A DNA stretch of 49,421 nt, from assembly GCA_016936135.1 (NCBI GenBank), contig JAFGPP010000117.1, positions 1-49,421 on the forward strand. The letters run 5' to 3'. This document shows, piece by piece, positions 44,365-49,421 of this stretch (the first letter of the stretch is position 1; every line of letters begins with the position of its first letter). Origin of the DNA: Thermoplasmatota archaeon (lineage in GTDB: Archaea; Thermoplasmatota; E2; DHVEG-1). The notes below the pieces were generated by a model. It was not told the origin of the DNA, made no database searches, and saw only the letters and a list, made by a program, of their open reading frames with translations. The position numbers and the translations under genes are program-made.

Positions 44365-44436
44365 AAATACACCTCCGTGAAGTATCCCTTTTAGGGGTTT
44401 AATCTAGATATCGTATTTATTTTTTCTGGTATTGGC

Positions 44437-44961
44437 TCAGATATCGTTTAAATCCATTCCACAAATATCAGATAACTCTTTGTGAAGTTTTACCAGTCTA
44501 ATAGCATATTCTCTGTTTCCATCTGTCAAAGCCCTCTCAATTTCATTTTCAATTTTTTGCCTTGAAGAATTATCAACAAGATTATCTGCGTGACAAACAA
44601 TTTTTTCTTCCAAGGTCTCAGGCAAGTAATTTTTAACAGGTAGACGGAGTTTTTTTGCCTCTTCTTTAGTCAGTCCCGCACCGATGTGTCTTTCAATAAT
44701 TCGGATTATAGATTTTGGAAGATTGAGTCTTCTGGCAATAGAAGCACCTTCAACGGCATGAAAAATACCATGTGTATTTGATCGACCGATGTCATGCAGC
44801 AATGCTCCTACCTCAACAAGGTTTCTATCTGCATCTGTCTTATAAGCAATTCTAACCGCAACATCTCTTACCGCTAAAGAATGTTTAATTACTTCATCCG
44901 AACATCCACTTTCTTTTAACAAATCTAAACATTTTTGTGGCGATAGGTCTTTTATATTCAT
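44437..44961 (-). CDS. HD-domain phosphohydrolase
   Basis: 174 aa with LLHDIGRS and HADNLVD. Confidence 0.8.
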   Translation of the reverse strand: MNIKDLSPQKCLDLLKESGCSDEVIKHSLAVRDVAVRIAYKTDADRNLVEVGALLHDIGRSNTHGIFHAVEGASIARRLNLPKSIIRIIERHIGAGLTKEEAKKLRLPVKNYLPETLEEKIVCHADNLVDNSSRQKIENEIERALTDGNREYAIRLVKLHKELSDICGMDLNDI

Positions 44962-44970
44962 TAAACAAAT

Positions 44971-45483
44971 TCACTCCTCGACCGACACTACTTTTTTTCC
45001 GTTATCACACGGGAGAATTTCTATCTTTCCTTTAAATTGTTTTTCAGTCCACTTGCCGTTGGTAAATCTATCTAAAAAAAGTGCTAAAGCAGCAACTTCA
45101 GAATGTGGTTGATTTCCCACAGAGATATTGTAGTCAGACACTTGATATATTTCTGGTGGTACCTTTTCTGCTCCGATTATAATCAATATATCTTTATTTT
45201 TATCAATTTTAGTTATTGCTTCATCAAATCTCTGACCATACATTGTAAGATGAACAATAATACCTTTCCATTTTTTTATTAATTTTTTCCTATCAATTCC
45301 TGTTTCTATTTCAAATTTACCACCAAAACGCTCGGAAATTGACCTTATATTTTTTTCGATTTGCTTGTCTTGAGTTTCAATAATTATCTTATCTGCTCCA
45401 AAAGCACGTGCAACAAGAGCGACATGAGTTGTAATGCGCTTATCACGGCCGATTCTGTGCCCAAGTCTTAATACAGCAATCAT
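44971..45483 (-). CDS. tRNA (cytidine56-2'-O)-methyltransferase aTrm56 (SPOUT)
   Basis: 170 aa. N-terminus VLRLGHRIGRDKRITTHVALVARAFGAD is characteristic of archaeal Trm56. Confidence 0.85.
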   Translation of the reverse strand: MIAVLRLGHRIGRDKRITTHVALVARAFGADKIIIETQDKQIEKNIRSISERFGGKFEIETGIDRKKLIKKWKGIIVHLTMYGQRFDEAITKIDKNKDILIIIGAEKVPPEIYQVSDYNISVGNQPHSEVAALALFLDRFTNGKWTEKQFKGKIEILPCDNGKKVVSVEE

Positions 45484-45573
45484 TGTATCACGTTACAAAA
45501 TACTAAAGATAAATTATTTAATTTTAAAAATAACAATTAACCCATAAAAATTTCTTTTTCATATTTGTGATAA

Positions 45574-46128
45574 TTATTTCTTGGTCCTTGGTTTGAAACC
45601 TTCACTAAACGTACCGTCTGTATTTTGGACCATAACCGTTGCATCTCGATCCCTGGCAATTTTTCTAGCTTCTTCTATAGCGTTTTCCTTTTTTCTATGA
45701 TAACTATAAATCTTTCCATGACTTCTTACAGCCCAGTCGCCCTTTACCTGACCGGGTTGCGGTTTGCTTACAACATAAATTACATTTGAAGGTTTCGGGG
45801 TTTTTTTATCTTTTTTTGATTTAACAATTCTATCGATTCTTCTCTCAAGTGCACTGTTCTTATAACCAGTTAAAGAGTCGTGACTAGGTGACAAATTATC
45901 AATCTTTTCTCCAATTGTGTCTACATCCCTCCAAATTCTTTGACAAGAATAGGCGTCAGTTTTTTGATTTGGGGGTTGAGTCCTTGGTTGAATGTTTTCA
46001 TCTGAATATAGTGTTTCATGATACTCGGCTAGATTACGCGTTGATGATTTTTTAAAAGTCTCTACTTTAACCTCTTTGGGTTTCTTCTGAGTGGGTTTTA
46101 ATTTTTTAATTATGTTCCATTCTACCAT
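45574..46128 (-). CDS. Basic protein with C-terminal DUF2188-like domain
   Basis: 184 aa. C-terminal GDWAVRSHGKIYSYHRKKENAIEEARKIARDRDATVMVQNTDG resembles DUF2188. The N-terminal half looks disordered. Confidence 0.55.
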   Translation of the reverse strand: MVEWNIIKKLKPTQKKPKEVKVETFKKSSTRNLAEYHETLYSDENIQPRTQPPNQKTDAYSCQRIWRDVDTIGEKIDNLSPSHDSLTGYKNSALERRIDRIVKSKKDKKTPKPSNVIYVVSKPQPGQVKGDWAVRSHGKIYSYHRKKENAIEEARKIARDRDATVMVQNTDGTFSEGFKPRTKK

Positions 46129-46297
46129 ATAAAGCCGTCCTAAAAACGGTTTATCTACTATATATAAAAGTTATCTGTATTGATAAATCTTTTTCTTGGG
46201 ATTATCTGTAAATAAATTTAACGTTTGGTTTTTATTTTTGGTACTTCTGTCTTTACAATAGTTATAATTTAAATAACAAATTTAGCTATCTGATTTC

Positions 46298-46666
46298 ATG
46301 GAATTGCTTGGCATTGAAATTGGAGAATTGTTTACCTCCACAATAATTCAATTTGTAATAACTGTGCTATTGGGGGGAATTTTACTTCATATCGCTACAG
46401 GAATATTAAAATTTGAAAAGAGGAGTTTTACGATAGCAATTGCAGTTGTAATTGTTGGCGGAGTATTTTTGTCCTTTCTAAATTTAATTTCAATACCATT
46501 CGTTTGGTTACTTGGATTAATAGGATATTGGTTTCTAATTAAAAACCTATACAATGTTGGATGGGTTAAGGCAATTTTAGCCTGGTTGATGAGTATTTTT
46601 GTTGCTTTCGTAATTGCATTGATTCTGATAGCAATATTGGGATTTTCAGCATTTTTGTTTTACTAA
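46298..46666 (+). CDS. Hypothetical membrane protein (4 TM)
   Basis: 122 aa and hydrophobic throughout. Confidence 0.5.
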   Translation: MELLGIEIGELFTSTIIQFVITVLLGGILLHIATGILKFEKRSFTIAIAVVIVGGVFLSFLNLISIPFVWLLGLIGYWFLIKNLYNVGWVKAILAWLMSIFVAFVIALILIAILGFSAFLFY

Positions 46667-46705
46667 AGGAAAATCTAATATTTCTTTCAGAGATTGCAAA
46701 AAGGC

Positions 46706-46778
46706 GGGCTTATGGTCTAGTGGTTATGACGTCGCCTTCACACGGCGGAGGTCGCCGGTTCAAATCCGGCTAAGCCCA
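46706..46778 (+). tRNA. tRNA-Val (anticodon CAC)
   Basis: Folded by hand, 73 nt. Acceptor GGGCTTA/TAAGCCC, anticodon arm TCGCC-TTCACAC-GGCGG, T arm GCCGG-TTCAAAT-CCGGC. Confidence 0.9.
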
Positions 46779-46814
46779 TTGGGATTTTAAGAAAAACCAA
46801 TTTAAAAAACTTCT

Positions 46815-47975
46815 TTACCGGAAATTTTTATTTTTACTATATGGTCTTCTAATGATAAAAGGCAGACTCTTAAAATTAGGCATATTCGCCCTATGTATCT
46901 CCAGATTGTCGTTGCTTTGCACATTTCTAAAATTATCATGATCTGGTTTAGTCAGCAGGGTGATTGCATTTCCGTTTTCACCGGCTCGTGCTGTTCGACC
47001 CACCCTATGAATGTATTCTTGAGAAGTTTTTGGAACATCATAATTATAAATGTGAGTAACGTTTTTTATATCAAGACCTCTAGCAGCAACATCTGTAGCT
47101 ACAAGAATATCGGTATTTTGTTTTTGTAATAGATCGAGCGAGCTCAATCTTTTCTTCTGAGTCATACCTCCATGTATTGCACAAGCCCTCAATCCCTGAT
47201 TTTTTAGATTTCTTGCTACAAGATCTACCTGATTTCTAGTAGAACAAAATACTATTGACATGCCTTTGTAATTTTTTCTAATCAAGTGGACTAAAAGAGA
47301 AAACTTATTTTTCTTGTTGTAAATATCGTAATATAATTGTTTCAATTTACTAGTTTCTAAATATGAATCAACACTTACAATCAAGGGATTCTTTAGATGT
47401 TTGGACATAATTCTTAGTAAATCATTCTGCATTGTGGCACTAAACATTAACGTCTGTCTATCTCTAGGAACGTAACTTATTATTTCTTCAACATCTTCAA
47501 TAAATCCCATTTCAAACAATTTATCAATTTCGTCTATAACCAGAAATCTCATCGATCTAAAATCTATTGTGTTTCTTCCAATATGATCTAGCATTCTGCC
47601 AGGAGTACCAACAACTATTTCTGAATTTTGTAAACTGTTTATCTGGGGTTCTATTCTTACACCGCCAAATACGCTTGCTACTTTCAAATCAAATATCGAT
47701 CCCAATTCTCGAAAAACCTGTGTTATCTGAACGCAGAGCTCTCTAGTTGGCGTAAGAATAACAGCTTGAATTCCTTTTCCATTTTGCACCTTGTCAATTA
47801 TTGGGATTGCAAAGGCAAAAGTTTTTCCAGAACCCGTCTTTGACTGTCCAACTATATCTCTTCCCTTAATTATTTCAGGAATACATTTATCTTGTATTGG
47901 TGTAAGTACATAAAATCCCAAATCTAGGATTTTTCTATTTAATTTCGAGCTAATATCTAATTCATCAAATTTCAT
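46815..47975 (-). CDS. DEAD-box family RNA helicase (motif II reads DEID)
   Basis: Q motif TPIQ, motif I GQSKTGSGKT, motif II VIDEID, SAT, ARGLD and HRVGRTARAG. I prefer the ATG at 47975 because it follows GGTGA; the track ORF extends to 48008. Confidence 0.85.
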   Translation of the reverse strand: MKFDELDISSKLNRKILDLGFYVLTPIQDKCIPEIIKGRDIVGQSKTGSGKTFAFAIPIIDKVQNGKGIQAVILTPTRELCVQITQVFRELGSIFDLKVASVFGGVRIEPQINSLQNSEIVVGTPGRMLDHIGRNTIDFRSMRFLVIDEIDKLFEMGFIEDVEEIISYVPRDRQTLMFSATMQNDLLRIMSKHLKNPLIVSVDSYLETSKLKQLYYDIYNKKNKFSLLVHLIRKNYKGMSIVFCSTRNQVDLVARNLKNQGLRACAIHGGMTQKKRLSSLDLLQKQNTDILVATDVAARGLDIKNVTHIYNYDVPKTSQEYIHRVGRTARAGENGNAITLLTKPDHDNFRNVQSNDNLEIHRANMPNFKSLPFIIRRPYSKNKNFR

Positions 47976-48161
47976 TATTTCACCATAAATTTTAATACAA
48001 TTATTCAAAAAGTTCTATCTAAAAAATACATCTATAGTTAAGTTAATATCTTTCAATATGAGATCCAAATAGTCAAATAAATAACACTTGTAATATCTGC
48101 AACTTCTTTTTATTACTTCTTTCATAAAATTTCACCAATAATTAAAAACCAGAATATGTAA

Positions 48162-48338
48162 TTAAAACGAATATTTGCAATTCTTACAATTCTCTTCTTT
48201 AGTGGAATTTTCCATTGAAACAAATTGATTACAACTTTCGTGTTCCCAAACAATACGCTTAAAGTAATTACATCTAATTATATTCTTGGGGGCATTGTTT
48301 TTATTATTTCTTTTCGGTCTATTGTTTTTTCCTTGCAT
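48162..48338 (-). CDS. Possible 58-aa Cys4 mini-protein, not in the ORF track
   Basis: My manual translation: MQGKNNRPKRNNKNNAPKNIIRCNYFKRIVWEHESCNQFVSMENSTKEENCKNCKYSF. Basic N-terminus and four Cys. TATA-like TTATAT about 25 nt upstream. Speculative. Confidence 0.25.
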   Translation of the reverse strand: MQGKNNRPKRNNKNNAPKNIIRCNYFKRIVWEHESCNQFVSMENSTKEENCKNCKYSF

Positions 48339-48813
48339 TTTTTATCACTTGTCAGATATAATCTAAACTTAATTAGTACAAAAACCAATAACAAAAAATT
48401 CCAAATTCAAAAATAATTTTAGATTTGGACAATCCATTATTAATTTTTCTTTGGCAACAGTTAGGTGTTTACAGCCTTAAATAGTTTTGTATAACAATAT
48501 TGGGAATTAAAATAATTTGATTAAAAAAAAATTAATTTATAAATTTAAATCATGATTTTCTCGTCATTATTCCCATTTTAAAAACTAAATGGTATCAGCA
48601 ATCTTTAAAAAAATTTTTAGGAGAAAAGAAAGAATTCATAATAATTTTAGATTTACTTGCAACATTTTTAGATTAATAACAATGTATATAAGTAATTTCT
48701 AATTATATTACAATGAAGAGGATTTGAATTATTAATTTCGTTCAAAAGCTTGGATTGGGATTTTTAATTTTTAGTCTCTTTTATATTGAAAAACTACCGG
48801 GATTTGTATTAAT

Positions 48814-49263
48814 ATGAAAACCGTAGAGATGGGAGATAAGATTCAGATAAGTTGCGAAGGAAAACTTCAAGATGGTCAGGTTTTTTTAAAAAATGAGGAA
48901 AATAAACATATCAGTTTAACCGTGGGTGAAAACGCACTTTTTCCTGCATTGGAAAAAGAACTGATTGGCATGAAAGTTGGAGAATCCAAGAATATAATAT
49001 TGGAACCACAAGATTCTTTTGGAAATCCAGATCCCGGTCTTATAATGGAAACTTCAAAGGATAATCTGAATCCCGATATATCAATAGAGATTGGTTGTAG
49101 AATAGGAATTGACCTTCCTACAGGGAAAAAATTATACGGATTAATAACTGAAATGACGGAAGACAAAGTTACTGTTGATTTTAATCACCCTTTAGCCGGA
49201 AAAACAGTAATATTTACTGTCACGTTAATTGCTATTGAGGACCCTTTAAAAAGCGTAAATTAA
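48814..49263 (+). CDS. FKBP-type peptidyl-prolyl cis-trans isomerase (SlyD-like, with insert-in-flap domain)
   Basis: 149 aa with GDKIQISCEGKLQDGQVF, LIGMKVGE and DFNHPLAGKTVIFTVTLI. Confidence 0.85.
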   Translation: MKTVEMGDKIQISCEGKLQDGQVFLKNEENKHISLTVGENALFPALEKELIGMKVGESKNIILEPQDSFGNPDPGLIMETSKDNLNPDISIEIGCRIGIDLPTGKKLYGLITEMTEDKVTVDFNHPLAGKTVIFTVTLIAIEDPLKSVN

Positions 49264-49382
49264 TCTGTCATCTATATTTGCAGAGCTTTTTAATCTAATT
49301 TTGTTTATTAAGATTTGGAAAATATTACTTTTTATTTTAATGTTAATTTGTGCTTTGTGTCATTATTCTCACCTTGGATAAA

Positions 49383-49421
49383 TTAGCACATTCCACAGAA
49401 TTGTCCGTAACCACATCTCAA
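49383..49421 (-). CDS. 3' end of a gene running off the window (Cys-rich C-terminus)
   Basis: Minus-strand frame reads ...LRCGYGQFCGMC then stop. Too short to classify. Confidence 0.2.
   Translation of the reverse strand: MRCGYGQFCGMC

Noticed and set aside
48225-48416. 63-aa plus-strand ORF from the track
   Set aside because: It has a TTG start and its I/F/L/N-rich translation reflects AT-rich noncoding DNA. It also overlaps the somewhat more plausible minus-strand Cys4 frame.
1-49421. Looked for CRISPR arrays, rRNA genes, IS-type terminal inverted repeats, inteins and in-frame recoding signals
   Set aside because: None seen. There are no regularly spaced repeats of 25-40 nt and no transposase-like ORFs, gene lengths match their family expectations, and no interrupted frames were noted apart from the truncated CPA fragment.

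Overview
Gene-dense, visibly AT-rich chromosomal segment from an archaeon. The archaeal call rests on pantoate kinase, aTrm56, an Hjc-type resolvase, a PGF-CTERM sorting signal, porGDAB and Shine-Dalgarno-like GGAGG/GGTGA motifs; the lineage cannot be fixed from sequence alone. Left to right: (1) an HDAC/AcuC-type deacetylase next to a Pat-like ADP-forming acyl-CoA synthetase-GNAT fusion. (2) A double PRC-barrel protein with a Q/N/W-rich tail and a secreted beta-helix protein. (3) A compact integrative element core: tyrosine integrase, small ORF and D5/P4-type SF3 helicase, with no recognisable att sites. (4) A wHTH regulator divergent from a five-gene envelope redox cluster holding three thioredoxin-fold proteins with different CXXC motifs, a NapH/CcoG-type membrane polyferredoxin and a PGF-CTERM surface protein. 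This is my best candidate for an undescribed system. (5) An MBL hydrolase, a LarA-family racemase homologue and a cupin. (6) A group 3b-like [NiFe] hydrogenase operon with fused beta-gamma subunit and maturation protease, then malic enzyme, an MTH1187-family protein and porGDAB. (7) Two MgtE-TM-only permease genes plus two PhoU-like/TrkA-C regulator genes. (8) PKD surface protein, pantoate kinase, CoaBC, USP, Hjc-like nuclease and CBS proteins. (9) Two large secreted hydrolases: an Ntn-hydrolase fused to a PQQ propeller, and an S15 peptidase fused to PKD. (10) Hemerythrin, a CPA2 antiporter with an unusual zinc-ribbon tail beside a truncated paralogue, tRNA-Leu(GAG), a 55-aa 2x[4Fe-4S] ferredoxin missed by the ORF track, an HD protein, aTrm56, a DUF2188 protein, tRNA-Val(CAC), a DEAD-box helicase, a long AT-rich gap and an FKBP PPIase. 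I found no CRISPR array and no rRNA. All functional calls come from motif recognition by eye; no database search was run.
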